A stretch of 63,339 nt of DNA, counting the filler, from Octopus bimaculoides (taxonomy: Eukaryota): assembly GCF_001194135.2 (NCBI RefSeq). It is 6 parts of 6 records of this genome, joined end to end, with 100 filler letters (N's around TTAATTAATTAA, not from the genome) between each part and the next. Parts side by side here need not be neighbours in the genome. Positions count along the whole stretch, not along the records: positions 5,423 to 18,515 come from NC_068999.1; positions 18,616 to 32,771 come from NC_068989.1; 4 more parts are not named here. The stretch is one strand, 5' to 3'. This document shows positions 12,130-24,764 of the stretch, in pieces. How positions within the stretch are numbered: the first letter of the stretch is position 1; every line of letters starts with the position of its first letter. The position numbers and the translations under genes are program-made. The notes under the pieces are model-generated. The model was not told where the DNA came from, made no database searches, and saw nothing but the letters and a program-made list of their open reading frames with translations.

Positions 12130-12517
12130 GTGGAGGTGCAATGGCCCAGTGGTTAGAGCAGCGGACTCGCGGTCATAGGATCGCGGTTTCGATTCCCAGA
12201 CCGGGCGTTGTGAGTGTTTATTGAGCGAAAACACCTAAAGCTCCACGAGGCTCCGGCAGGGGACGGGTGGCGAACCCTGCTGTACTCTTTCACCACGACT
12301 TTCTCTCACTCTTTCTTCCTGTTTGTGTCGTACCTATATTTCAAGGGGCCAGCCTTGTCACACTGTGTCACGCTGAATATCCCCGAGAACTACGTTAAGG
12401 GTAAACGTGTCTGTGGAGTGCTCAGCCACTTGCATGTTAATTTCACGAGCAAGCTGTTCCGTTGATCGGATCAACTGGAACCCTCGACGTCGTAAGCGAC
12501 GGAGTACCAACAACAAC
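12130..12517 (+). mobile_element. Full-length SINE family A with target-site duplication
   Basis: A and B boxes, body and (CAA)n tail are present. An 11-bp TSD ATTACCAAAAT lies at 12119-12129 and 12518-12528. Confidence 0.95.
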
Positions 12518-13540
12518 ATTACCAAAATATTACAAAACTGTTGATTTAGCATAATAATATTCAAATTTAATCCAGTTGTTCAGATTTGTGCTGTGGTGAG
12601 AATAAAGAAATATTGTTTCATTGACTCAAGATTTGGGTCCATAAACTGTTTGCACAGCGCTGAACCCAATTTTCAGCGAAATCAGCTATAAAACCTGTGG
12701 AGCAACAGAGGTTGAAACGACAAGAGAACCACCTGTATTTCAGGTTTCTTTTCGCAACCATCGGTGCGTGAAGCGCTCCACACGAACGTAAGATGGTTGT
12801 GATGTATAGGAACCGGAAAGAAACGTATAAAGATGCAACGCGCTTGTGCATGCTGGATTAGTAAAACGGAAGAGAAGAATAAAAACGCAATGCGCATGTC
12901 AAAATAAAAACGGAAGAGAAGAATGAAGACGGAATGCAAATGTCTACCAAGTTAGATGGTTATCTGCATGCCACCTCTGACATTTTCATCACGCAGTTTT
13001 GTTGTAATGTTCTTGTTTGAATAGATGCAAGTCTGTGTTTATTTATATTATGTCCCAATCTTTAACCGATAATAGTGTTGAGTCATGTGTCACGCTCCAG
13101 AAAACATTGTAAACCATGTAAGCTTTCGGTGCTACATAAGATTACTTCCTTTTCATTTTGTTCTCTTTTTTCTTCTTCTTTATATAGGATATCCCAACAC
13201 TGGGCTACCATAACGATTAAGCAATGAATAGTTCTTTCAATATGACGTCATTCCTCGTACGAATGGGATTGAATATATCATACGACAGACCACACTCGCT
13301 GGTAAAAAAAACCCCACACAAATAAGCTTTCACATAGAACATCATGACACACGTGTGTGAATGTGTGTTTATGAGATCGTGCGTTTGTGCATACGTATAT
13401 ACATGTTGGAATAGTAAGGTGTGTAATTATGTAATTAAGTCAGCCGGGTACAATCAATTAATTTAATTAAACATCGAACGATATTTTTATTTTGTGTTTT
13501 TTTTTTATTCTTAGGTAGTTTATTTTTTACGTGTTATTAA

Positions 13541-13598
<58 letters not shown>

Positions 13599-14256
13599 GT
13601 TCAGTAGTTTTATTTTTATAACGTGCTTTCACTTCACTACCGAGCACAGCTCTGTGCGCCGTGGGTATGTTCTGTGGTTTGCTGTGGTGCTCTTATGTTT
13701 ACTGTATTGAAAGTGTTTTGCGTAGAATGTGTGCAGTACCCAGTAGTGCAATTTTCTGTATGTTATATATATTTGTAAGTCCTGCTATTTTTGTTATGTA
13801 TTTGTCTGAATATTTTTTTATTATACCTAAGGCACCTACTATGATAGGAATTGTTTCTGTTTTTAGATTCCACATTCGAGTTATCTCTATTTCCAGGTCT
13901 TTGTATTTTGAAAGTTTTTCCATTTCTTTTAGAGAAACGTTGTCATCTGCTGGTATTGATACATCAATTAGAAAGCATTTTTTTTCTTCATGATCTTTGA
14001 CAACTATATCTGGTCTATTTGCCTTAATTTCTCTATCTGTGTGTATTGGCATATCCCAGAGTATGGTTGCTTTCTCGTTTTCTGTGACCTTTTCTGGCGT
14101 GTGTTTATACCATCTTTTTTCTGTTGTTATTCCATAATGTTGGCATAGCTTCCAGTGTATATAGGTCCCAGCTCTGTCGTGTCTGTGAATATATTCCTTC
14201 TTAGCCAGGACTGGGCAGCCAGAGATAATATGATTTATTGTTTCTTGTCGATCTCC
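13599..14256 (-). mobile_element. 5'-truncated R4/Dong-like non-LTR retrotransposon (zinc-knuckle remnant, RLE and 3' UTR) within a (TAA)n microsatellite
   Basis: ETINHIISGCPVLAKKEYIHRHD...WDMPIHTDREIKANRPDIVVKD...LIDVSIP...KLSKYKDL...QKIALLGTAHILRKTLSIQ* is open without stops. (TTA)n lies on both flanks (13541-13598 and 14257-14276). Confidence 0.92.
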
Positions 14257-14425
14257 TATTATTATTATTATTATTTCTTTTTTTGTGCCAATGAAAACAC
14301 GAATTGAATAGAAAATCTTCCATAGTAATATTCTTTCATTTTTTAATTTTCAATTTGGCTTCAAAACAATTGAAAATACAACAATTGTAGTTGTTACGGT
14401 TAGTTGTGTTATGTTGGATGCAGGC

Positions 14426-14485
14426 GCGTGTGGGTATGTTTCTACATCTGCGCACGCGTGTGGGTATGTTTCTACATCTGCGCAC
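14426..14485. repeat. 30-bp perfect tandem duplication
   Basis: GCGTGTGGGTATGTTTCTACATCTGCGCAC occurs twice in tandem. Confidence 0.9.
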
Positions 14486-14555
14486 GCGCGTGTGTGTTTG
14501 CATGTCTATGTTTTGTTGCTGTTGATGAAGGTGATGATGATGATAATGATGTTGA

Positions 14556-14590
<35 letters not shown>

Positions 14591-14769
14591 ATGATGATAT
14601 TGTTGTTATTGTTGATTCTGGTTGCTCAGAATGTCGCTATCGTTGTTGCGTTCCTGTTGATATTTTCAGATATCATTTTTGTTGACATTGTTCATATATA
14701 CATACAAATATTCATGCTAGCTCTTTCTGTTGGAGCACACGAAGATAAACACCAAAAAAAGACCATTAT

Positions 14770-14945
14770 AAAGGTCCTTCACGAGTCGTGGGGTGAACTG
14801 GCCGGTTTCTTGGGTTCTGTGGTAGCATGTATATTCTCCTGCCCTTGGATGGTACGCCGGTCCATCGCAGGATTCCTCACTTTTGCCAGCTGGGTGGACT
14901 GAGGCAACGTAAAAAGAAGTGCTTTGCTCAAGAACAATGCAATGA
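14770..14945 (-). mobile_element. SINE family D fragment (related pieces at 34670-34770 - and 50905-51060 +)
   Basis: Shared TTCTTGAG(C/T)AA(A/G)(G/A)CACTT...TTT.ACGTTGC...CAGT.CAC.CAG motif. Confidence 0.55.
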
Positions 14946-15199
14946 CGGGCTAATTAACGGAGGAACAAGCAGAGCTATTACAAGATGTTGAAAAGTTGGT
15001 TCAGTCCTGCGCAACACTTTATCTGCCCAAAGAAATCATGCACTGAAGCTTATTGGAATCTCCGAACGTTTACACGTATTTACTGCGTTTGGCAAATGGT
15101 CATACCTCGACTTCGAGTTGACTTCCACCATGTATGTTCTTTTCTGTATTTTAATCATTTAGATTCTTCTGAAAAGGAAGGAACTGGTTTCCAACGAAG

Positions 15200-15535
15200 A
15201 TAAAAAGCTCCATCTTTGGAATGTAGATAATGAAAACAACGTCATACTTTAAACCCGAGAAAAGTCTTGCATATTTTCACTGTTCCGCTTACAGATTATA
15301 TTTGTAATGTGCGAATCAGTTGATTTCTTTTTCTGAAACTCCAAGCTTATCCAAATTGACAGTTAAGCATTTACTTACAAAACCAAGTATGCCAATTATT
15401 GTTTGTATAAATGTAAATCTGTAATCCAGATAAAGAAGAGGTTTCCAAGCAGCTGCCCGTAGTTATCTGCTTTCTCTTCAATTTCCAAATCGATATTCAC
15501 ATCAGCAGGACAGCTGACCCTATGGCGGTACATAT
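15200..15535 (-). mobile_element. RLE-type LINE 3' fragment, Hero-like
   Basis: Frameshifted VSCPADVNIDLEIEEKADNYGQLLGNL...IIGILGFVSKCL...LIRTLQI*SVSGTVKICKTFLGFKV*. The clade assignment is from memory. Confidence 0.65.
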
Positions 15536-15946
15536 CTTTTGTTGTCAATCCCGAACAACGATGTCCAGCCTATGTATGTGGTGTATGTATGCGTACATGT
15601 TTGTGTGTGTCTGTGTTCTAGAGTACTAAAAAATACGCGAGTTATGAATGAATAAATGTAGGGTCACATATCTGTATGTATTTAGTTCCCTGTAGGTAAG
15701 GTGTGGTCCAATGAACACGTTTTCCGGTAGCAAGGAACCAGGATGTAACCGACCGGTTTTATTGCTAATTAGCTACTCAACAGGATCCGCATGTCTTTCT
15801 CTTCAAAATGTCATAAACATAATTAGTGAGAGATTACTTATTAAGCACAAGTTACAATTATATTAATTATAGAGAATGTTTTTCTCCATAGGAAAATAAA
15901 GTCTGTTTTACGGTAATGTTTTGTCCAAATACGTACAGTACACACA

Positions 15947-15994
<48 letters not shown>

Positions 15995-16336
15995 NNNNNN
16001 NNNNNNNNNNNNNNNNNNNNNNNNNNNNNNNNNNNNNNNNNNNNNNNNNNNNNNNNNNNNNNNNNNNNNNNNNNNNNNNNNNNNNNNNNNNNNNNNNNNN
16101 NNNNNNNNNNNNNNNNNNNNNNNNNNNNNNNNNNNNNNNNNNNNNNNNNNNNNNNNNNNNNNNNNNNNNNNNNNNNNNNNNNNNNNNNNNNNNNNNNNNN
16201 NNNNNNNNNNNNNNNNNNNNNNNNNNNNNNNNNNNNNNNNNNNNNNNNNNNNNNNNNNNNNNNNNNNNNNNNNNNNNNNNNNNNNNNNNNNNNNNNNNNN
16301 NNNNNNNNNNNNNNNNNNNNNNNNNNNNNNNNNNNN

Positions 16337-16371
<35 letters not shown>

Positions 16372-16451
16372 CGTAATGTATATATATATTATGTACATTA
16401 TATATATGTAGTGTATATATGTATATGTATGTATGTGTATATGTATATATC

Positions 16452-16494
<43 letters not shown>

Positions 16495-16569
16495 AAGGAA
16501 GTTAACCCGTTATCTTATTTGAATATGTATGTGTTCACGTATATATACTGTTTATATGTGGGGTGGGGC

Positions 16570-16625
<56 letters not shown>

Positions 16626-16738
16626 CAGATAGGCTACGAGGAACTAGTAGTTGTACGCCAGAACACAAAAATAATCTTGATTCAATGAAATTTACTTCTT
16701 AGCAAAAAAAAAAAGAAAAGAAAAAGAGAAATTCTTAC

Positions 16739-16756
16739 CGTTAATTGCCAGTAGAT
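16739..16756 (-). CDS. Candidate 18-nt micro-exon (IYWQLT in phase 0, or xLLAINx in phase 1)
   Basis: ttttctgccctttcgaacag|ATCTACTGGCAATTAACG|gtaagaa has a good acceptor and donor and a frame-preserving length. Confidence 0.35.
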
Positions 16757-17224
16757 CTGTTCGAAAGGGCAGAAAATCTCAGCAAATTACAATTAATTTC
16801 ATAGAAATATCGATTTACGTATATAGAAGAAATCTGGTACTTAGAAGAAATGTGATACTTAGAAGAAAACATATAGATACAAACAAGTTTGGTTTTCATA
16901 GAACCCTCTGAAGCCTGCTTGATAATTGGTCAAAGGTTCTTACCAAAAAACTGAGGAGAGTTCTGGCCAGTCTGCAGCTTATATAATGGCGTTGATTTGA
17001 CAAAGTCGTTAGAGCGGCAGATAGATTTCTTTGCGGTATATTTCCAGCTCTCTGCGCGCGCATTGATTTCAACTCACTTTGAGATCAACTCTGTCATGCA
17101 TTCATTCAGGATCGATAAATAAAATACCCGACGCCCTAACATTTATTGTTAATGAGAAATTCATCAGAATTTGCATGTCTCTCTCTCTCTCTCTCTCTCC
17201 CTTTCTCTCACTCTCCCTCTCTCT

Positions 17225-17480
17225 CTCTTCGTAAGATCACGATCATGGTGTTGTTGATGTGGCCGGAACAAGTTTGGGCTCTCTAGAGAGGGAAGGCTCC
17301 GCTGGTCAACTTTGACTATGACTATACCACTATACGTGCTTGTGCTGGCCTTGGGCAAGGTTTTTCTTCGGGAAGTCTGGCAGTTGTTCATGCTTGCAAA
17401 GTCTTTTCTCTCCATACCACAGATGTTTGTCCGAGTGAAAGCCCGCCGAATTGGGCCGATACAACATGGCACACACTGTA
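17225..17480 (-). mobile_element. GC-rich fragment ending in (GA)n, possibly a LINE 3' end
   Basis: Higher GC than the surroundings, with a simple-repeat tail on the minus strand. No diagnostic motif recognised. Confidence 0.25.
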
Positions 17481-17724
17481 ATCACAGTCGTTGCTATCCA
17501 AACGAAAAGAGCTAAAATAGACACCGCAAAACATCTCGCTCGACTTTCTGGCAGTTCTACCCACATATTAACGTGGATTGATCCCTCTTTATCGACCCCG
17601 AAAGAATTAAAAGCAATGCTGACTGCGACCGGATTTGAACTTAAAGCGCAGAGTCCCGAAACAAATACTGCGACACATTCTATCAGTCTATTAGCTGTGA
17701 TGTTAAGAAGCTCGCCTTCTAACT

Positions 17725-18100
17725 ACATGGTTTCGGGTTTCAGTCCTACTGCGCGGCACCTGGAGCAAGTGTCTTCTGTTTTACCCCATGACTGTTACAA
17801 AGTCGAGTGCTGGCAGAACGGTTAGCGTATCGGACGAAATATTTAGTAGCATTTCCTCCGATTCTTTACGTTGTGAGTTCAAATTCCAACGGGGTCCGTT
17901 TAGCATTTTATCTATTCAGAGTCGATAAAATAAGATACCAGCTGAGTACTGCAGTCTATGTAATCGACTAAAACAGCTGGTCTTATGCCAAAATATGAAG
18001 CTGTTAGTGCGTCAGACAAATTGCTTAACGACATTTCTTCCGACTCTTTACGTTGTGAGTTCAAATTCCTCCGAGGTCGATTTTGCTTTTCATTCTTTCA
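17725..18100 (+). mobile_element. Cluster of diverged SINE fragments (B head ~17725-17790; C ~17810-17990; C ~18000-18100)
   Basis: CCAACTACATGGTTTCGGGTTTCAGTCCTACTG-like head, plus GAGCTGGCAGAA-like and GAGTTCAAATTCC...GGTCG motifs. Confidence 0.7.
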
Positions 18101-18234
18101 TTCTTTCGATAATGCCACCGAATATTTCCTCCGACGCACCGAACGTTCTGCCAACGACAACAACAATAATAACACCAACAACAACAATAATAATGCCAAC
18201 AACAAAATTCTTCGCACGTACAGATATTTATTTC

Positions 18235-18515
<281 letters not shown>

Positions 18516-18647
18516 NNNNNNNNNNNNNNNNNNNNNNNNNNNNNNNNNNNNNNNNNNNNTTAATTAATTAANNNNNNNNNNNNNNNNNNNNNNNNNNNNN
18601 NNNNNNNNNNNNNNNCATCATCACCATCATCATCATCATCATCATTC

Positions 18648-18702
<55 letters not shown>

Positions 18703-19118
18703 CTATGGTTTCCTTTCGTTATGACTTTATTTCATCTGCCTTCGTACCGAGCATTCTCTGGAGGCCAAGAGAATGTGTATGCACCGTGGTTTTTACTGTA
18801 TTGAAAGTGTTTTTACGTAGGATGTGTGCGGTGCCTAATATATGCTATATATACTTGTTAGTCCTGGTGTTTTTGTTATACATTTGTCTGAATATTTTTT
18901 GTCATACCTAATGCGACTACTATGATAGGATTTGTCTCTGTTTTTAGCCTCCACATTCGAGTTACCTCTATTTCCAGATCTTTGTATTTTGAAAGTTTCT
19001 CCGTTGCTTTTAGAGAAACATTATCATCTGTTGGGACCGATACATCGTTTACAAACCATTTTGTTTCCTTAGTGATCTTTGACAACTATATCCTGCCTAT
19101 TGATCTTAATTTCTTTAT
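18703..19118 (-). mobile_element. 5'-truncated R4/Dong-like RLE fragment, same subfamily as 13599-14256
   Basis: DVSVPTDDNVSLKATEKLSKYKDLEIEVTRMWRLKTET with frameshifts and a similar 3' end. (TTA)n lies at 18646-18702 and (TTC)/(TTA)n at 19119-19240. Confidence 0.88.
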
Positions 19119-19178
19119 CTTCTTCTTTTTCTTCTTCTTCTTCTTCTTCTTCTTCTTCTTCTTCTTCTTCTTCTTCTT

Positions 19179-19228
<50 letters not shown>

Positions 19229-19393
19229 CATTATTATTATGTTTTTTTCTATTCTTTCTTCAAATTTTATTCCATTTCTCGCCGTGTGTTTTCCGTACAC
19301 CTAGGGCAGAGAAGCTCATTACATGCATTCCCAGTTTATACACGCAAATTCACAGGTAAAATATGTATAGAAAAATGTTAATAAATAAATAAA

Positions 19394-19895
19394 TTCATGA
19401 ATGGATGTTGTTTTTACAGCGATAAGGCTCTTCTCACTACATAAGTCGTTCCAGTTAACACGATTTTTTGCACTTCCTGTAGAGATGGTAGACCTGGCAT
19501 CATTTTCAATAGGTTTCAGTACCTTTTTTATCATTCCTAGATATCCTACAATCACTGGTACGGTAGTCGCCTTGAGATGCCACATTTCTTCAATTTCTAT
19601 TAGCAAGTCTTTATATTTACTGATCTTGTCAAATTCTTTCACCGCTATATTGTGATCGCAAAGAATACTCATGTCAATTTACAAACACATCTTTTTTGTC
19701 TGATCTTTTATAATAATATCCGGTTTATTAGTTTTTATAGTTTTGTCGGTATGTACGGGGATGTCCCAGAGAATCGACACATTTTCTACCTCAGTCACAG
19801 CTTCAGGATGGTGCTTATACCATTTGTCAGCGGTTTTGATTTTATAATGCCGACATATTGTCCAGTGTAAGTAGTTCTCAGTATACCTATAACTC
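19394..19895 (-). mobile_element. R4/Dong-like RLE fragment, second subfamily
   Basis: LHWTICRHYKIKTADKWYKHHPE...ILWDIPVHTDKTIKTNKPDIIIKD...KISKYKDLLIEIEEMWHLK...GTTYVVRRALSL*. The 3' flank is (TAAA)n. Confidence 0.85.
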
Positions 19896-21512
19896 CCGGG
19901 ATGCATTTTACCCACACATTCCATAATCTCTTTAATTCAATGGCTAGGTCTTGGTACTTTACTTTTTTTTCTATATCTCTCATGTTACTTTTTTCATCAT
20001 TCGGGACTGTTAGGTCAATTATCTGGCACATTCTATTCTCTTTAACTACAATTACCAAATCAGGCCTCCTAGCTTCTATTACTCTGTCAGTCTGAATGTT
20101 AAAGTCTCGCAAATATCTTATATTTCTTACTTTCTAGTACTTTACTAGGTTCATGTTCAAATCATCTATCAGTATGTTCAAATCCTAGCTTTCTATATAA
20201 CTCCCAGTGGATTGCCCTCCCTAGGTTGTCATGTCTTTTCTTGTATTCTTTCTGTGCTAGCATGCTACATTTACTTACTATGTGAGTAACGCTTCCCACT
20301 TTTGATTTGCATAATCTTAAATTGGGAATCTACTTGAATTTTGTCTACCTTGGTTTTTATCCATTTAGTTCTTAATGCTTGATCTTGTGCTGCTATTAAC
20401 AAACTTTCTGTGTCCCTCTTCAGCTTTCATTTCTTCAACCATAACCATGTCTCACTACTATTTTCTGTAACTGTCTTTGGAAATCTACCATGCAAAGCAT
20501 TTCTCCTGTCAGTCAGATAACTTCTTTTCTTTTTCTGGTTTTTAACTTCGTTTGGGTTTTTGGGTTCTCCCAAGTCTTGTTGTAATTCTATCAGCTCTTA
20601 ATAAACTTTCTTCACTGTTACCTACATAGGAGTCTATATCTGCTCTGGCTAACTCTTCGCAGTCTTCTACTGATATTAACTCTCTCCCGCCTTCCTTTCT
20701 AGGTAAGTATAATCTTAATACTCCTGCCCTTGGGTGGAGTCCTCCATTCGCATCGAATTCTTTCCTAGTTCTTTTGTCTAACTTTGCTAATTCAGTTTTT
20801 GTCCAATCTACAAAAGGTGCTGAGTATTTTAGTAATAATACTGCCCTTCACTAGAATCGTACCATTTAGCTTTGACTTCATTAGCTTCCTCACCCTTCTG
20901 ATGTACTCCTCAATTTTCGTCTTCATTTCTATAGTTAGTACTCAGATTCTAAAACTCCTAGGTACTTATAACTCTCTACTCCTTTCAATGATTTTAATGT
21001 CTGGTCATTTGATAATCGGATACCTTCACTATTGACTATTTGTCCCCTTCTCATGACAAATATTGCACACTTATTTATGCCGAATTCCATGCCAATGTCT
21101 TTGCTGATGAATCTTACAGTATGTATTAAGGAATCTATCTCTTTTTCAGTCTAACTAAACAACGTGAGATCATCCATGTAGAGCAAATGGTTAATTTTTC
21201 TCTTACTGTTTTTGAACTGATACCCTGCCTTCGTTTTCCTTACTACTAAACTGAGGGGGATCGAAGATGAGACAAATATTAAAGGGGATAGCGAGTCACT
21301 TTGGAAAGGTCTTCTCGGAATGTTAACTTTCCCAAAGACTGTGTCACCTGAGTAGAGATCTACTTTCCATTTCTTCATGCTAAATCTATGTTGTCTGCTA
21401 TACTGAATATACTCAAACATTCACTTATCCATGAGTGTGGGATCATGTAATAGGCTTTCTCATTATCTATCCATGCTATTGTTAGATTTTTCTTTCTAGC
21501 TTTTACTTAATT
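19896..21512 (-). mobile_element. Decayed R4/Dong-like element with RT, zinc knuckle and RLE, 3'-truncated
   Basis: RT motifs FQSDSLSPLIF and INHLLYMDDLTLF, and RLE DFNIQTDRVIEARRPDLVIV...KYQDLAIELKRLW, with many stops and frameshifts. Confidence 0.88.
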
Positions 21513-22624
21513 TAGAACTGCCATCCATCCATCCATACATACATACATACATGCATGCATACATGCATACATACATACATACATGCATACATACATACAA
21601 ACATACATACATATACTTTTAGTATATTCGAGCGCTGAGGCCAATAAAATAACCGCCAGTCGCGAAATTGTTTATTCCTCACGAAAAACACAAATGTATG
21701 GTTTTCAGTCTGTCTTAGAAATCTATATTTATATCTTGGGATATTCTGAATGCTTTCATCCAATGCTATATGTATTTTATGAATAGCATTATATACTACT
21801 TGGATAATCAGGCAATTACCAATGATAATTGTCTGAATATCATGCAATAGTTTCAAATTAATTACCTAGTTTCACAATTATACATCAAGCTCAAATAATC
21901 AATTACCTACGAACAAGAAGAAATGTCACAGCGAGTGTAAATTTTGTCGTTGCCTTTCATTGAGCAAAGGCTAACAAAATTTGACATTAAGGATTAAGGG
22001 AGATAATTAGTTTAAATAATTACCTATTGCTGTTATAAAGGAGAAGTGAAACGGCGAAGATGAAGCCCTGATTGCCTGATGTAGACATGTAAGTTATTTC
22101 TATGCAGAGTATTTTTGTCTCCTGCTTTGACCCTATTTCTTTTCTAAATATGTTTTCGATCTCAGAAAATGGTCGAGCTGACCTGAGCAGTATTAAAAAT
22201 CAGAACGTTAAAAGGCATAATGCAAAGCATTTAGGTATAGCTGCTCCAATTCCGTCAATCAACTGTACTTATATTAATGAAAACTGAAACAATATGTAAG
22301 TGATGAAAAGTACCAGTTGATTATTAAGAGTATTAAAACAAATTGCTCGCAAATATTCGAATTATTGCTGGTTTACGTCATCTATGTGAATCGAGTGAGA
22401 AGTGTTCTACCAAAAATATTCTTCAAACCGAACAATACCATATTTTAGTATATCTTTATAATCTGTTTCACTTTTAGTTATAAATATTTATTAGAACGCT
22501 TATAATAAAAATGTTCTGTGATATTTTTTCCGACTTCGCGTTCTGAGTCGATTTTACCTTTCGTCTTTTCGAGATCAATAAAATATGTACCACTGGTTTT
22601 GTGCCAAAATTAGAAAGAATTATT

Positions 22625-22840
22625 ATTATGATTGACATAGTTATTATTTCTTTTTATTATAGGTTTTGTTGGAAAACCTGGAGTATTGCATGCGTAGAGG
22701 GTTTGCTGCCTGCAGCCTACGGTACCAAGCTATCTGTTCTTTTCAACTATCTAATACTTTCCTTGATTATTCTGGCCGTGCCAAGGAGGCAAAACTTTTG
22801 TAACAGTTCTACTTGGCACTCTACTTGGCACTCTATTCCT
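22625..22840 (-). mobile_element. Extreme 3' end of an R4/Dong-like element
   Basis: GIECQVECQVELLQKFCLLGTARIIKESIR* plus UTR. An in-frame 12-bp duplication CTACTTGGCACT lies at 22809-22832, and the flank is degenerate TTA. Confidence 0.7.
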
Positions 22841-22849
22841 TTATATTCC

Positions 22850-24010
22850 ATTTTGCTGTGTATGATGGAAAGTGTTAACTCTCCGCAGCCAGCAGACTAA
22901 GGTGATACATGTTCACTGGTCATGCTTCAAGAACCCCGCGAAGAATTTTTGCTGTTCCAAGCAATGCTGATTTTTGTAGGTGTTCTACCTTCATACGTAC
23001 ACCAATCTTTTTCAGCCACGTTGTTAGTTGAGTGCTGATACTTCCAAGTGCGCCAATTACTATTCGTATCACGTCTACTCTCCTCATCGACCACAACCTT
23101 CGTATTTCCCACTTCAGATCGTCATAGTTGTTTATTTTTCCTTCTTTCTAATTAATCCTGTTGTCACCAGGATTATGTCGATTATCATGCATGTTCTCAT
23201 GTTCTTTCTTCTTTTATTCACTATAGTAATGTCCGGTTTCCGATGTTTGGTCAGGTAATCACACTGAGTCATTGCATTGAGTCATTGCCTTGATGTTGTT
23301 TGTTCTGATGTATTTCAGAATTTCATTGACATTTTTTGTTTCTTGGTTCAATTTCCATCGATCAAGGTTTTAAAGGTTGCAAATAATGTCGCTATCGTTC
23401 TCCTGTAGTCTTGCCTTTATTTTGTCGTAGATTGCCTTTTGTTCATCTGTCATGTCCCTATTAGTTTTATCGTCTTCCTTTTGATCGTCTATATGTCTCT
23501 CGTCAAGTAAACTACCACTGCTCCTTTCTTGTGCTATGAGATTACTCTTAGTAGTAAGAACTGTATTTTCATCGTTATCCCTGCTGCTATTTCCCAAGAC
23601 CCGTCTTTTGTTAGCTTGGAGCTCTACTTCTGTGAACCAGCGATTTTTCGTATATCTCTAACTTGATCACATAGTCTCTATTCCGTGAGTTGAAACAATT
23701 CCTTTTCTCTCCAATGATCATACATACATTGTCGGTAACCCCTAATTTGAGCACCATTTTTATCTACCGGGATGCTCAGGTAGTAACACTCCATGACCAC
23801 AGCGTTAATTTTTTTGTTCCGTCTACGCCGCGTGTGGTGGTCCCTTTCTGGATATCGACAGGCTGGAGCCGAACCAGAATCTCTCAGCCTGCCGGATGGA
23901 ACACTGTTAAAATCATTGGCTTCAGTTTCATTACCACCGTTATTCACAATATTTTGTTTTTTCATTATTACCCATATGAGGTAGCGATTATCAGGTTGCG
24001 CTAACCATTG
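22850..24010 (-). mobile_element. Internally deleted R4/Dong-like element: ORF N-terminus fused to the RLE, RT missing
   Basis: N-terminal VVMECYYLS...RGYRQCMYDHW...CDQVRDIRKNRWFTEVELQ (24010-23270) is joined at ~23260 to HRKPDITIV...DLKWEIRRLW...IGALG...LQKSALLGTAKILRGVLEA* (stop at 22920-22922). Confidence 0.7.
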
Positions 24011-24645
24011 TTTTTATTGTGACACAATCACTAGATGTATCATTAATCAGTCCATGGGGGGGGGGGCCTCCACCCGTTTCCTTTCATTATCATTATTATT
24101 ATCATCAGATGTCACTGATATTATTGTTTTCATGTGTAGTAGCAGCAGTGGTTGCAGCAACACCAACAGTAGCAGGGGTGGGGTTAGTGGTAAGGGTGGT
24201 AGTTGGGCCTCAGATTCCTGTGCTATCATGATAGTAGTATTTGTAGCATTAGCAGCTGCAGCATCTTATTTTTATTTTTATTTTTATTTTTATCCTTATC
24301 ACCATCACCACCGCTACCATTGTTATTATCATTATTAGTATTTCCATTCATTATTAAAAGATTTTATTAAATGTTCTTTATTTTCAACTTTTGTCTTGTA
24401 CTCGAGATAATCATAGATATGTGGTTGTTAAAGGAACTAGTTGGGTAGCAGTTTGGTGAATAAATTATATTCTACAGGTGTATAAATAGATTCGGCTGAT
24501 GGTGGGGAGGTCAGCCATAGAGACAAAAGGACCTTCGCACCCTTTGGGTCTACTACCAGTGACCACTGAGACCGCTGCCTTGAAAAGAAGTAATTCAACA
24601 TGTTCTATTTGTAATTACTGGTAGAAAAAACAATAATATATATAA

Positions 24646-24685
<40 letters not shown>

Positions 24686-24764
24686 TATTATCATTATTAT
24701 TATTATTATTATTATCGTTATTATTATTATTATTAATATTATCATAGTAGAGATTATTATAAGA

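Noticed and set aside
12130-12210. tRNA-like A and B boxes (also at 1063, 36528, 36813 and the family B and C heads)
   Set aside because: They continue into SINE bodies with tails and TSDs, and no complete cloverleaf is present.
12682-12939. Signal-peptide-like ORF MRIAFLFFSSVLLIQHAQA on the minus strand
   Set aside because: The hydrophobic stretch derives from a pyrimidine-rich repeat unit. There is no independent support, and the region is reported only as an unassigned island.
12790-12950. Wnt-like or cystine-knot-like DGCD...CAC and TECKC motifs
   Set aside because: The motifs are in different frames because of a 43-nt repeat period, and the diagnostic CKCHG/CCGRG residues are absent.
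22041-22088. 48-nt segment with an acceptor and a GTAAGT donor
   Set aside because: It has stop codons in all three frames, so at most it is a non-coding exon, and nothing else supports it.
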